In this document: positions 8,494 through 18,600 of the stretch, one piece after another | Position numbering within the stretch: the stretch's first letter is position 1 | How the letters are laid out: each line of letters opens with the position of its first letter | Origin: Thermoplasmatales archaeon SW_10_69_26 | GTDB taxonomy: Archaea; Thermoplasmatota; SW-10-69-26 | DNA: 64,000 bases | Direction of reading: 5' to 3' | Assembly (NCBI GenBank): GCA_003009755.1 | Contig: PXUB01000025.1 | Coordinates: forward strand, 9,393 to 73,392 | The notes under the pieces: generated by a model | Databases searched by the model: none | The model's input: the letters and a program-made list of their open reading frames with translations, nothing else | What the model was told of the DNA's origin: nothing | Made by a program: the position numbers and the translations under genes

Positions 8494-8786
8494 TCGAGTC
8501 CCTCGATCTGATCCTCGAGGAGCCCTTCGTCGGTTCGAAGCCCGCGCCCGCGCGCCTGTAACTCCTGGAGGAAGGTGACGAGGTCGATCCCGGCCGAGGA
8601 GGCAGCCTGCCAGGCCGTGGTCCCTCCTCGCTGGTATCGTTCCACGGCCTGGTCGAGCGACAGGTCCTCGATGCCGCGTTCGAGAGCGCGCCGGATGACG
8701 GTGGACCGGTCCACGTGCTCGTCATCGGCCATTTCGTCGAGGGCTTCGAGGAGGCCTTCTGGCAACCGAACGGTGGTCGTCGGCAT
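8490..8786 (-). CDS. RHH/UPF0175-family putative antitoxin.
   Basis: The N-terminal RHH-like TTVRLPEGLLEALDEMA...STVIRRALERG is followed by a UPF0175-like segment, SLDQAVERYQRGGTTAWQAASSAGIDLVTFLQELQARGR. UPF0175 with DUF3368 is a known conserved pair. Confidence 0.55.
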   Translation of the reverse strand: MPTTTVRLPEGLLEALDEMADDEHVDRSTVIRRALERGIEDLSLDQAVERYQRGGTTAWQAASSAGIDLVTFLQELQARGRGLRTDEGLLEDQIEGLE

Positions 8787-9454
8787 CGAATACGATATGT
8801 TCTACGTGAATGCATAAGGGTTGTGGCTGGCTCGATGCTTCGCAGTCGGGACCTGTGCTCGTTCTTAACGTCGAGTGGAGCAACCGGCCTGTGCCATTCC
8901 AGATCGAGGACGACGGCCTGCGGACCTCCCTTGGACCCGGCTAGAGGGCCGCTGACAATGTCTTTCGGGTTTCAACGGTTCTTAGGCCTCGAGGGGACGA
9001 CAGCAGGTCAGCGGAGCCTCCCGGCGCAACCTCGTGCAACTCCGACCCCGTCCAACTCGTCCTCGGCGGACTCATCCTCTGCGCCTCCGGCCTCACGTGG
9101 ACGTGGGCGTTGGTCGAGGCACGGGTTGTACAGGGTCCGACACGGGCACAACGTCCAGCCTAACTCCTCGTGCTGGTCCTGCGAGAGGTACAGTCGGAGG
9201 TCCAGCGTGCGCGTGGGCATCAGGCGCCGAACCAATAGCTTCAACACCCACAAACCGTCGGGATTTTCCTGTCAAAGAGGGCGTCGAACCCACTCTCTTC
9301 CTCCGACCGGGCGGGCATACCCCCGGCCTAGAGGCCAGGGCCCTGCCCGCCCACAAAAGGTAGGAAAGATACGAGGAGGAGAGGGGAGGAGGGGGCAGAC
9401 TCCTCCCCGCCTCCTTGCGGAGGCCGGCGGTTGGTTTCGCCGGCTTGAGCTCGG

Positions 9455-12400
9455 CTAGTTCTCCTGCTCTTGCATGTAGAACCAGCCGGCGGCGCCGATG
9501 ACGGCGAGCACGATCACGATCCACACCCATCCGGGGATGCCGCCGGGCTCGGTTTCGTCGGGCTCCTGGGCCTGCGAGGTTTCGTAGGACCAGTCTCGGG
9601 GCGCGCTGTTCCCGGCGCTGTCCTCGATCACCAAGCGCACGTCCATCGTCTCCTCGCTCTGCAGGTCCGAGGGGATCGATGCCGTCACGGTTCCGTCCTC
9701 GATCGACGCGGAGACGTCCTGACCGTTGATGGTCAGCGTCGTGTCCGTGATCGGGCAGCTGCCCTCCTCGATCGAGACCTCGATCGGCGTCGTCGGGTCG
9801 ACGCCCGTTGCCCCGTCCAAGGGTTTCACCTGCAAGATCTGGGGTCCGTCGGGACAGGCCTCGGGTGAGACCGTGAACGTCCAGGTCTCTGTCGTGCTCT
9901 GCTTGGCGAAGTCCTGAACCGTGGCCTCGACGGTGTGCTCGCCCTCGGAGAGGTCGGTGGTGTGGATGTACTCGAACCCGTTCTCGTCGACCTGCAGATC
10001 GCCGGTCGTGCTATCGCGCTGCTCTCCGTCGATCGTGAGCTCAAGCGTGTCGGGGTCCACGCCCTGGTTGTCCGACCAGTTGGCGCTGATCGTCGGCTTG
10101 ACTTTCTCGATCGTCCCGGTGGGCTCCGTCGAGCTGATCGTCGGAGGCTCCACGTCGAGCGCGACGGCGAACACGGAGAAGCTTCCCGTCTGTGCGCTAC
10201 AGCTTCCGCCACTGCACTGCGTGGGCGTGGGTTGCCACTGGCCGGTGTCGTGCAGGAGCATCACCTGATCTTCGTTCGTGTTGGGCGGCTGATCGAACTC
10301 GATCGTCGCGTCGTCGACGTTCCCCTCGACGACGTTGCCGTCCGCGTCGACCATGTCGACCTGCATGTAGGAGAGCACGTCGGCTCCGCTGGGATCCGGC
10401 GGGGTGCCGGGCGGGGGCGACGAACTCGTCGTGATCTGTAGGCTGCAGCCCGTACAGACGTTGGCGAGGTTCACGGACACCGAGTTCACGCCCGGCGGGA
10501 GCCCTTGCGTGACCGTCACCTGGGCGCCCTGCTGCCCGTTGAACGGCTGGTTGTTGCCCACCTGGACCTGTTGACCGGTCGGCGGCGCTGCACCGCCGCC
10601 TCCGCCACCGCCGCCACCTGCTTGGGTGACGGTGAACTGGATCCACGGCGTCGAGAACGCGGCGGATTGCTGTTTGAACGTGAGGATCGTCTCGAAGACC
10701 GAGTCGAATGCAGCTGTTAGGTTGTCCTCCTCGGCGATCAGGAAGTGGTCGTCCTGGATCTTGTCGTTTTGCCAGGCGGCTCGGACCTCGCTACCGAAGG
10801 AGCCGGCCGAAACATCGCCCAGGCGCCGATCGGCCGAGTTCGCGGTGAGGCTCTGGTCGGCGTCGGCGTAAACCGTGTCGCTCGAGGAGTACGTCGCGTT
10901 CCCGTCTTCATCCAAGAAGTCCCATTGGTCGACCGCGAGGCCGGACGGCGGGGACGTGCTGAGCGTGTTGCCGACGGCACTGTCGCCGGACTGGACCGAG
11001 GTGCCCGCGTTCGAGCCGCTCAGATAGATGTCGCCCGCCGCGACGGAACCGGTTCCGCCGATGTCGACGAACACGTTATCGCCGACCGAGTACCCGTACT
11101 CGCTGTCTTCATCGTGGTAGTCGACGAGCGTTCCGCTCGGCATTGCCGTGTACGGGTCGCCGAGGTCGCTGTCGCCTGTTTCGACTTGCGTGCCGGGATC
11201 CTCTCCACCTGCGGCAGTGAGGCGGAGGTCCGCCGTCGTGACGGCGCCGGAGTTGCACCCGCCAGCCGTCGCTGCGTACAACGGCTCACCGGAGTCGACT
11301 GCGGCGTCGTTATCGTTGTCGACGAAACAGAGTGCGAAGCCGGGCGGGGAGCCGGCGAGCGCGGACCCGCGGTCGGCGTCGTGGTCGCGCTTGGGCTCGC
11401 TGGCCAGGTCCCACATCAGCTCGCTGTCGGCCCCGCTGCTAAACGCGACGGAGAAGACGTCGATGTCGTTGTCCTTGGCGGCTTGCGCCTCCTTGCGGGG
11501 CTCGGATCCCTCGTTCTCTCCGCCGTCGGCCATGACGACCATGAAATCCTTGGCGTCGTCGCGGCCACTGTTGTTGAAGTCCTCGTGCGAGAGGCTGATC
11601 CCGGCACCGATCGCGGTGGAGCCGCCGGCCGAAATGTTGTCGATGGCCGTTTTCGTTTTACTGTGGTCCCCGGTCAGCGACTGCCGGAGCATCTCGTCAC
11701 CGTCCGATTCGAAGGAGACGAGGCCCGACTGGTCGGCGGATCCGAGCTTGTCGACGAGGTCCTTGCCGGCCGTCCGGGCCTCGTCGATCGGGTCGCCGCT
11801 CATGCTGCCGGATTCGTCGAGCACCAGCCCGACATCCGTCTCGCCTCCACCGCTGGTTTGAGCTTGACCCACGATCTCTGAGCTGGTCTCGGCCAACGCG
11901 GTCAGGTAGTAATTTTCGCCCACGTCGAGCCGCGAGGCGGCGACATCGATCTCGTAGATCAAGTGGAGTGTGCCGTTCGTGTACCCGTAGCCGTAGCCGT
12001 AACCGAAATCGACCTGGCTGCGGTCGCCGGTCTCATACCCGTATCCGTAACCGTAACCCTGCTTTTCGGAGACGGGAGAGCTTGTGTCGTACCCGTACCC
12101 GGTCTGGGTAGCCTTGCGCTCACCCTTCGTGAAGTATCCGGAGCTCAGCTCGTACCCGGCGGGCGCCTGATATCCGCTGGAGGTCTCCTGGAGGCCCTTA
12201 GTGAACGCGCCCACGTTTTCGATGCGTGTGATGACGTCGGCTTTGCTCTGGTTATTGACGAGCGACAGCTCGGCACCTGAACACCCGGACTTGACCTCCA
12301 TCTCGCAACGGACCCCGGACACGAAGTCGGGATTGACCTTGTCCGTTCGGTTCGGATTTTGCTTCTCGAGGACAGCCTCGATCGAGTTGATCGGGATCCG

Positions 12401-12610
12401 CTCGCCCTCCTCGATCTCGAACTCCACGAAGTAGGTCTCCACCCCTGAAGCCTCGGAGGGTCCGGAAATCTCCCCCTCGATTCCCTGTGCTCCCTGGAAG
12501 AGCCCCACGAGCAGGCTCCCCACGAGAGCGGTAGCGCCGATGAACGTGAGTACTTTGAGCGTCCGTTTGGAGTAAGCCAAGCTCAATCCCAACTCTGGGA
12601 ATCGTTGCAC
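9455..12610 (-). CDS. Very large (1051 aa) secreted or membrane-anchored cell-surface protein with a von Willebrand factor A domain, GY repeats, a poly-Gly linker, Ig-like/beta-sandwich regions and a C-terminal TM anchor.
   Basis: Signal-peptide-like N-terminus (KRTLKVLTFIGATALVGSLLVGLFQGAQG). The vWA segment DVGLVLDESGSMSGDPIDEARTAGKDLVDKLGSADQSGLVSFESDGD...GGSTAIGAGI carries a MIDAS-like DxSxS. (GY)n repeats occur at aa 171-210, and Gly9 lies in QAGGGGGGGGGAAPP. The C-terminus ...PGGIPGWVWIVIVLAVIGAAGWFYMQEQEN is hydrophobic. Many NxS/T sequons are present. Confidence 0.8.
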   Translation of the reverse strand: MQRFPELGLSLAYSKRTLKVLTFIGATALVGSLLVGLFQGAQGIEGEISGPSEASGVETYFVEFEIEEGERIPINSIEAVLEKQNPNRTDKVNPDFVSGVRCEMEVKSGCSGAELSLVNNQSKADVITRIENVGAFTKGLQETSSGYQAPAGYELSSGYFTKGERKATQTGYGYDTSSPVSEKQGYGYGYGYETGDRSQVDFGYGYGYGYTNGTLHLIYEIDVAASRLDVGENYYLTALAETSSEIVGQAQTSGGGETDVGLVLDESGSMSGDPIDEARTAGKDLVDKLGSADQSGLVSFESDGDEMLRQSLTGDHSKTKTAIDNISAGGSTAIGAGISLSHEDFNNSGRDDAKDFMVVMADGGENEGSEPRKEAQAAKDNDIDVFSVAFSSGADSELMWDLASEPKRDHDADRGSALAGSPPGFALCFVDNDNDAAVDSGEPLYAATAGGCNSGAVTTADLRLTAAGGEDPGTQVETGDSDLGDPYTAMPSGTLVDYHDEDSEYGYSVGDNVFVDIGGTGSVAAGDIYLSGSNAGTSVQSGDSAVGNTLSTSPPSGLAVDQWDFLDEDGNATYSSSDTVYADADQSLTANSADRRLGDVSAGSFGSEVRAAWQNDKIQDDHFLIAEEDNLTAAFDSVFETILTFKQQSAAFSTPWIQFTVTQAGGGGGGGGGAAPPTGQQVQVGNNQPFNGQQGAQVTVTQGLPPGVNSVSVNLANVCTGCSLQITTSSSPPPGTPPDPSGADVLSYMQVDMVDADGNVVEGNVDDATIEFDQPPNTNEDQVMLLHDTGQWQPTPTQCSGGSCSAQTGSFSVFAVALDVEPPTISSTEPTGTIEKVKPTISANWSDNQGVDPDTLELTIDGEQRDSTTGDLQVDENGFEYIHTTDLSEGEHTVEATVQDFAKQSTTETWTFTVSPEACPDGPQILQVKPLDGATGVDPTTPIEVSIEEGSCPITDTTLTINGQDVSASIEDGTVTASIPSDLQSEETMDVRLVIEDSAGNSAPRDWSYETSQAQEPDETEPGGIPGWVWIVIVLAVIGAAGWFYMQEQEN
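11980..12100 (-). repeat. Tandem GY dipeptide-repeat coding region inside the vWA protein gene.
   Basis: The DNA reads ...gtagccgtagccgtaaccgaaatc...gtatccgtaaccgtaacc..., encoding GYGYDTSS...GYGYGYGYETGDRSQVDFGYGYGYGY. Confidence 0.6.
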
Positions 12611-12688
12611 CCTATTTTTACCTTTTCAAGACCCCGCAAACCGGCCTCGGTCCAGATCGGCGTCAGCGAAGGGGGGAGTCAACCCTAC

Positions 12689-13724
12689 GGAAGTGCTTCT
12701 CAGGGTGTCTCATTAACCCCCTCTACGCCGCTGCCCCCAACTACCCCCGAGCGCTCGAGCTGATCGTTCGGTCCAGGCGGGTCTCAACGATGCCTCCAAG
12801 CGCCTTGTCGAGGACCTTGCCCGAAACGGGCGGTGGTTGAAGCGAAATGTGAATGCGTCCAGATAGGTTGCACGGTCCCGTCTTCCACGTGGCGTGCACC
12901 TCCTACAGCACGCGCTTGAGGCTGCTGAACGCCGTGTGGCTCCACGGCAAAACGTCGTGCATCTCTTCATCGCCGTCGGGCTGGCGGACCTCGCGATCGC
13001 AAGCCGCAAGCCCGTTGTAGCCGTCCCCGTCGTCTGTCTACAGCGTGGAGGACTCGTAGACGCGGGCTCGCACGGTAGGGTCCAGGTTGTCCCCCGCAGC
13101 GCCGGGCGCGCTTGGCAGGTGCAGTTACTGGCCTGATCGTGCTTGTTCTCGACGAGGGCGACCACGCACTGCCTGGTGGTTCCACGGCCCGAGGGATCGT
13201 CGGGGCGCTTGCCGCCCACGTAGGTTTCATCGGCTTCCACCACGCCGTCTAACGACCGCTGCTGGGCGCGTCTCAGGATGCGGTAGATTTTCTGGCGGAC
13301 GTTGTGCGCGGTCTCCGCGTGCACGTCGAGCGTGCGGGCCAGCTCGGGCTCCGTGGTGCCCTTTGTCGTCTTGACGATGTGGTCGATCGCCAAGAACCAG
13401 GTCTACAGGTCGAGCTTGGTGTCCTGCCGGATCGTACCGGCGGTGACACTGGTTTGCTTGCGGCATTCGTAGCACTCGGACAAGTTGCGGGTCTGGGTGA
13501 AGCCCCGGTGCTCGTCCTCGCCGCACGCCGGGCACGTGAACCCGTCCTCGCCTCAGCGGTGCTCGCGGAGGAACTGCCAGCAGTCCTCGTCGCTGGGGTG
13601 CTCGTTCACGAGTTCGGTCGGGCTGGGCAACGCATCGGCCATGCTCCCGAAGACGGTCGGTGGAGGGGTGTGGGTTCAGTCCGGGGTGGCTCGGTACCAC
13701 TGACACAAGCCGAGAAGCACTTCC
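12689..13724 (-). mobile_element. Degenerate ISH4-like insertion sequence (IS1595 family), about 1.04 kb.
   Basis: Imperfect terminal inverted repeats: GGAAGTGCTTCTCAGGGTGTCTCA at about 12689 and its reverse complement GAGAAGCACTTCC ending at about 13724. The internal IS1595-type transposase reading frame is broken. Size matches the ISH4 group (~1 kb). Confidence 0.6.
12713..13650 (-). pseudogene. IS1595-family (ISH4-like) transposase pseudogene.
   Basis: Minus-strand translation gives MADALPSPTELVNEHPSDEDCWQFLREHR*, then GEDGFTCPACGEDEH...ECYECRKQT (zinc ribbon), a stop, then ...LDGVVEADETYVGGKRPDDPSGRGTTRQCVVALVEN (IS1595 hallmark). The DDE part (TDGYNGL...LPWSHTAFSSLKRVL*) and the C-terminus (YLDAFTFRFNHR) sit in two other frames. 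There are at least two stops and at least two frameshifts. Confidence 0.6.
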
Positions 13725-13942
13725 TTACTAAGGGGTCGTCTTAGTGAAGGGTGCTAAACGCAGGCCACCACTGGCCACTTCTGAGTGAAGGTCCAAGTCG
13801 CCTTCTTCACTCAGACGAGCCTTCGTCTCGCTGACTCTAGGACCGTTGTCTCACCTCGTCGGGCGGCGAGCTTGAGGTGGACGACCGGGACGGGCTTGCC
13901 GCTCCGTGGGGGCTTCTCTGCCTGGGCGATGCCCCCGCCGGA

Positions 13943-14928
13943 TCAAGGGATAAGCTCATCCACCGGCAACGGGAGCGCCCGACACACCAGCGTGGGGTCG
14001 TGGGAGAGGCGGCCGGCGACGATGCCCGTGAGCCCCACGAGGTACCGGTAGGGGGCCGGGGATCCGCCCCCAGCCAGGTCGATGGTGCTCTCGCGGATGG
14101 CCACGTCCCCTGGGTCGTCGGGGATCGGTTCGACGTGCTCCAGGTTGTCGATGAACCCTTTCCCGTGGTAGAGGCGGATGAGAGCCTCTTTTCGCTGCTC
14201 GGACGGTCGCTGTTGGCTAAGGAACAGGCCCACCCAGAGATGGTTGGGGCAGTCGTAGAGCTGATCGTCGACCGGCAGGCAGTCGAGGGAGTGGTTTGCG
14301 GATAAGGGGGTCGAGAGAGCTGGCCGCGGGCTTGCATCGATTGGACGCCGTCGTCGCTGCGGCGAGCCATCGCGAGACCGGCCGGGTCCAGGACCGGGCG
14401 GTCGCGGATCCACAGCTGGGCGAGGTGGACCGTCGTCGGGTCCGTTGCGAGGGACGTTCGCTCCTCGTCGCGGACCGGCCCGGAGCGAGTGTCTTGGCCG
14501 ACCGGGTTGGCGTGCGTGTAGGCCCGGATGTCGTTGTCGTTGGTTTCGCGGACGGGCAGGTGGTGGACCTCGAGGTGCTCGCCACGACGGCTGAAGAGGT
14601 GATCCGCGTGGATGCCTTGGAAGACGAAGACGTCTCCGGGTCGGTGGGTGGGATCCTGGCTCGTGGTGGGCCGGAGGGCGGTCCCCAGCAGGACGCGGGG
14701 CCAGGAATCGCCGGGCAGGTGGAGGATGTGGTACGGGACAGCCCCGACAACCGGCTTGCCGGTCTGGGTCACGGTTTCGTAGGGGCGGGGGAGGGCATGG
14801 TCAACCCCCTGGCACCCGATCTCCCGCAGGACGTAACTACCGTTCTCATCGTCGCTCGACTGGCGCGGCCCCGTACAGGCAACGAGACGGTCCGGACCTG
14901 AGCCCCCGCGATTCCCCCTGGTACGCAC
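13943..14928 (-). pseudogene. Conserved hypothetical protein gene with an apparent frameshift. Function unknown.
   Basis: The N-terminal 200 aa (MRTRGNRGGSGP...YHILHLPGDSWPRVLLG...VFQGIHADHLF...EVHHLP...) are read in one frame up to about 14316. The C-terminal ~118 aa (ANHSLDCLPVDDQLYDCPNHLWVGLF...LVCRALPLPVDELIP*) are read in another frame ending at 13943. The switch is at a G5/C5 homopolymer at 14306-14310. Span length 986 nt = 3n+2. Confidence 0.45.
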
Positions 14929-15046
14929 GCAGCCAAGATTTAGGCAGACATCCTATGACGGGAGCTTGCGGGGCGGAACACGCGAATTGCATCGCTCGCG
15001 GCGAAAATATCCTTTCCGGACGATGTTGGGTCTACTCGTCCGGTGG

Positions 15047-15370
15047 TTAGATCCCGCCCGGCAGCTCCGGCAGCGACTTGCTCTTCTTGACGTACTCCTT
15101 GCACTGGTCGAGGTGCTGGAGGAGCGCTTTGCGCTGGAAGCCCTCCTCGACCTCGTCCTGCAGCACGGCCTCGGCCTCGTTGGCGGAGGTGATCGCGCCG
15201 GCCGTGTTGCCCAGCGCCGCGTCGCGGTGGACCTCGGCGACGAGCAACAGCGAGCGCGCCAGCGCGTCGTTCTCCTCCTCCCAGGCCTCCCGCAGCTCGT
15301 CGTCCTGCGTCGCCCGCTGGTAGTTGCCGGACTCCATGTTCTCCAGGTAGTCGACAGATGGGACGGACAC
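15047..15370 (-). CDS. Small acidic hypothetical protein (107 aa).
   Basis: Clean ORF with GC3-rich codon usage: MSVPSVDYLENMESGNYQRATQDDELREAWEEENDALARSL...KKSKSLPELPGGI. No recognisable domain. Confidence 0.4.
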   Translation of the reverse strand: MSVPSVDYLENMESGNYQRATQDDELREAWEEENDALARSLLLVAEVHRDAALGNTAGAITSANEAEAVLQDEVEEGFQRKALLQHLDQCKEYVKKSKSLPELPGGI

Positions 15371-15623
15371 GGCGTCGGCGAAGGCAACACGAGGGGGATG
15401 AGGGTTTCGGGCGCCCCCGCTGGCCGGCGGGTTCGTTCAAGCGCTCGTGGCAAAGCTTAAGACGACTTGCGTGCAAGGATGGTGTGTCGAGGGAGTCGCC
15501 GTCTGTACCTCCCTGCCTCCCAACAGCCTCCCAAGCCTCCCAGCCTGTTGGCGGCTCCCTCACCCTCCTTCCTTCTTCGACGGCTACCTTCGGTGTAGCA
15601 CCGATGGCCGAGATCGGTGAGCC

Positions 15624-18600
15624 TCAGCTCGCGCCAGCTTGCTCGTGCGGTTCGGTCGACCAGGGGTCGTAGCGGGCCTCGCCCTCGATGTCGTCGCAGT
15701 CGGCGTGATCGGGGCCCTCCGAGCAGCCCCACCAGTTGTGGCGGGCGTCCGGCGTGGGTCCATCCTGGGTGTCGTCGACGAGCCCCACGTCGTTGCCGAC
15801 GATGTCGTTGCGGTGCACCTCCTCGCCGGCGCCGGTCTCGGCGAGCACGATCGCTTCCTCGTTGCCGGTCAGGCGGTTGTGGACGAGGCGGTTGGCCTGC
15901 TGGTCACCATCCAGCCAGATCCCCTGCTCGGCGCCATCGATCGTGTTGTTGTGGATCCGGCTCGCGGCCGCATCCTCGGCCACGAGCGCTCGCTGGCCCT
16001 CCTCCAGCCGTGAGCCCTGGATCGTCGAGGCGGTCAGGGCGTCGGCGTGGATCCCGATCGCGTTGCCTTCGGCGTGAAGCCCGGCGAGGTGGGCGTCGAC
16101 GGCGTCGGACAGCTCGATCCCGACCGTCGCGTTGCGCACGGTGACGTTCTCGATGCGCAGTCCCTCGCTGGCGAGCACCTGCACCGGAGCGGCCACCTCC
16201 TCGAAGACCGCGCCGGTCAGCGTGACGTTGGTCGCGTCCGCGAGGAGAAGCTGGCCCACGGGGCCCTCGATCTCGCGGCCCTCGACCCCGGATCGGAGGA
16301 TCAGCGGCTCGCCGGCGACCGTGTCGCCGGTGGCCTGATCGGTCCCCCTCAGCGTGGCTTCGTCCAGGTCGACGCCCGTGGAGAAGGCGTTGCCGCTCAG
16401 GGCCAACCCGTCCGTCGAACGTGCCTGGAGCCCCGAGAGCTGGCTGTCCACCTCGTTGTCGATCAACGTCGGTGCAGAGGCACCGGCCAGCCGGATGCCG
16501 ACGTCACCGCCGGTGATCCGGTTGGCTTCGAGGTGGGGCTGCTCGACGCCGCGCAGGCGGGCGCCGGTGGCCGCCTCGAGCTGGCTGTCCTCGAGGGTCA
16601 GACCGCGGCCATCCTCGACGGTCAGGCCGCGGTCCGCCTGCTCGACGGCCACCGCCTGCAGGCGGGCCGCGTCGACGTCGTTCAGGGCGATCCCGTCGAG
16701 GGCACCCTCGACCGTCACGCGCGTCAGCTCGGGGGCTCGGCTCCGCTCGAAGAGGAGGCCGGCCGCGTCGGCGGACAGGTTGGTGTCGGTGACGGTAGCG
16801 GCGTCGGTCGAGCGGGCCAGCACGCCGACCGAGGCGTTCTCCACCTGGAAGCCCTCGACGGTCGTGTTGCCGGTGTCCGCGAGGACGAGTCCAGCCATCG
16901 CCTCGCTCACGCGGCCGTCGTGGATCCGCGTGCGCTGGCTGCCGTCGGCGACCAAGGCCACACCAGTGTCCGTCAGCGTCGGGGCCTGGACGGTCACGTC
17001 CTCGCTGGCGAGAACCTGGATCGGCTCCGTCACGTTCCCGATCGTCGGGCGTTGCACGGTCACGTTGGTCGCGTCGGCAAGGATCACCTGGCCGGCCGGC
17101 CGCTCGACGGTGGTGTCGGCTACGTCGAGGAGGTAGCGGACCGGTTCGCCGTTCACGGTGTTGTCGGCGATCGCGTGGCGGTGGTCGTCCTCGTCGTCGA
17201 CGACGACGCTGAGGCCGGATCGCATCGCGTTGCCCGTGACGGTGGACGCCGTGGAGGTCCCCAGGGTCACGTCGCGGCGGTTGTCGGTGAGCGCGTTGTC
17301 GGTGACGGTCGTGCCGTTCGACCGCAACACGTAGATGCCGACGAAGGCGCTGCCGGACACGTCGTTGGCGTGGATCGTGGTCGAGGCCTCGGGGCCCTCG
17401 TCCCAGACGGTGAGTCCGTGCCAGTAGCTGTCCTCGATCGTGTTGGCCTCGATCGTGACCTCCTGGGCGTTCCCGTTCACGCCGATCCCGCCCCGGAACA
17501 CGGATCGGGTGTGAGCGCCCCAGCCGTTGTGGCGGACGAGGTTGTCCTCGACGAGGACCGCCTCGCTGCGAGCGACGATCACACCGCTTCGGTCGTTGTC
17601 GAGGATGCGGTTGCTGCGGATCACGACTTCGTCGGCGCCGTTGGCCCAGACGCCGCTTCGCCCGTTGTTCGTCACCGTGTTGTTGCGGACGAGGATGTCG
17701 CGGCCGTGCTCGAGCTCGATGCCGCGGTTGTGGTTGCCGGTGAGCGTGTTGTTCTCGATGCGGACGCCCTCGGTCACGGTCTCGCCCTCGTAGGCTTCGA
17801 TCGCGTCGTTGGAGCGGGTTACCACGTTGTCGCGGATCGCGATCGAGGACCCGGCCTCGAAAGAGACGCCGAACAGCGAGTTCTCGTCGATGTCGTTCCC
17901 GGTCACGAGCGTTCCCTGGGTCCCCTCGAGGCGCAGGCCGGACCGGAAGTCGTACAGGACGTTGTCGCGAACCTCGGTGTCCTCGGTCCCGAGGAGGTGG
18001 ATGGCTCGCGAGGCGAACGAGGGGCCCTCGAGCAGCTCGTTGCCTTCGACCTCGGCGGCGGCCGTGTCGGCGACCCGGACCGCTGTGCCGTCGTAGTTGT
18101 GGAGGACGTTGGCGACGATCGCGGCCCCGTCGCTGTCGGTCACCTTGATCCCGTCATCCTTGGCCGCGGCGTTGGCCCGATCGTTCGGGGCTGACAGCTC
18201 GTTCCCACGCACGGTCAGCCCGTAGGCCCCGCTGGCTTCGATCCCCTCGTTGGTCCACTTGATCGCGTTCGTCTCGACCGTGAGGTTGCGCGCCTGGTCG
18301 ACGTCGACGCCGTGCTGGACGTCGTGGATGTGGTTGGCCCGAACGGTGACGTTGTCGGCGTCCTCGAGGTGGATCCCACGCTCCAGCTGGGTGAGGTCGT
18401 TTCCGCGGATGATGACGTGGGCGCTGGTGTCGGCGAGGTGGATACCGGTGGTCCCCGTCCGGGCGCCGACCCAGAAGAAGGAGACGCTGGCTCGCCGGCC
18501 CTCGATGCACCAACCCTCGATCACGTAGGGATCGTCCTCGGTGCCCTCACCGTCGACGACGCCGCTGCCGGGCCGGGGGACGTCGTCGCCCGCCGCGTTC

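Noticed and set aside
9260-9345. tRNA-like T-loop-resembling motif GGGTTCGACGCCC on the minus strand.
   Set aside because: No 7-bp acceptor stem complementarity and no D-arm or anticodon arm could be folded around it. It is not a tRNA.
12610-12713. Target-site duplication for the ISH4-like element.
   Set aside because: The flanks (aaccctac versus ttactaag) do not match, so no TSD is claimed. The TIR boundaries are approximate.
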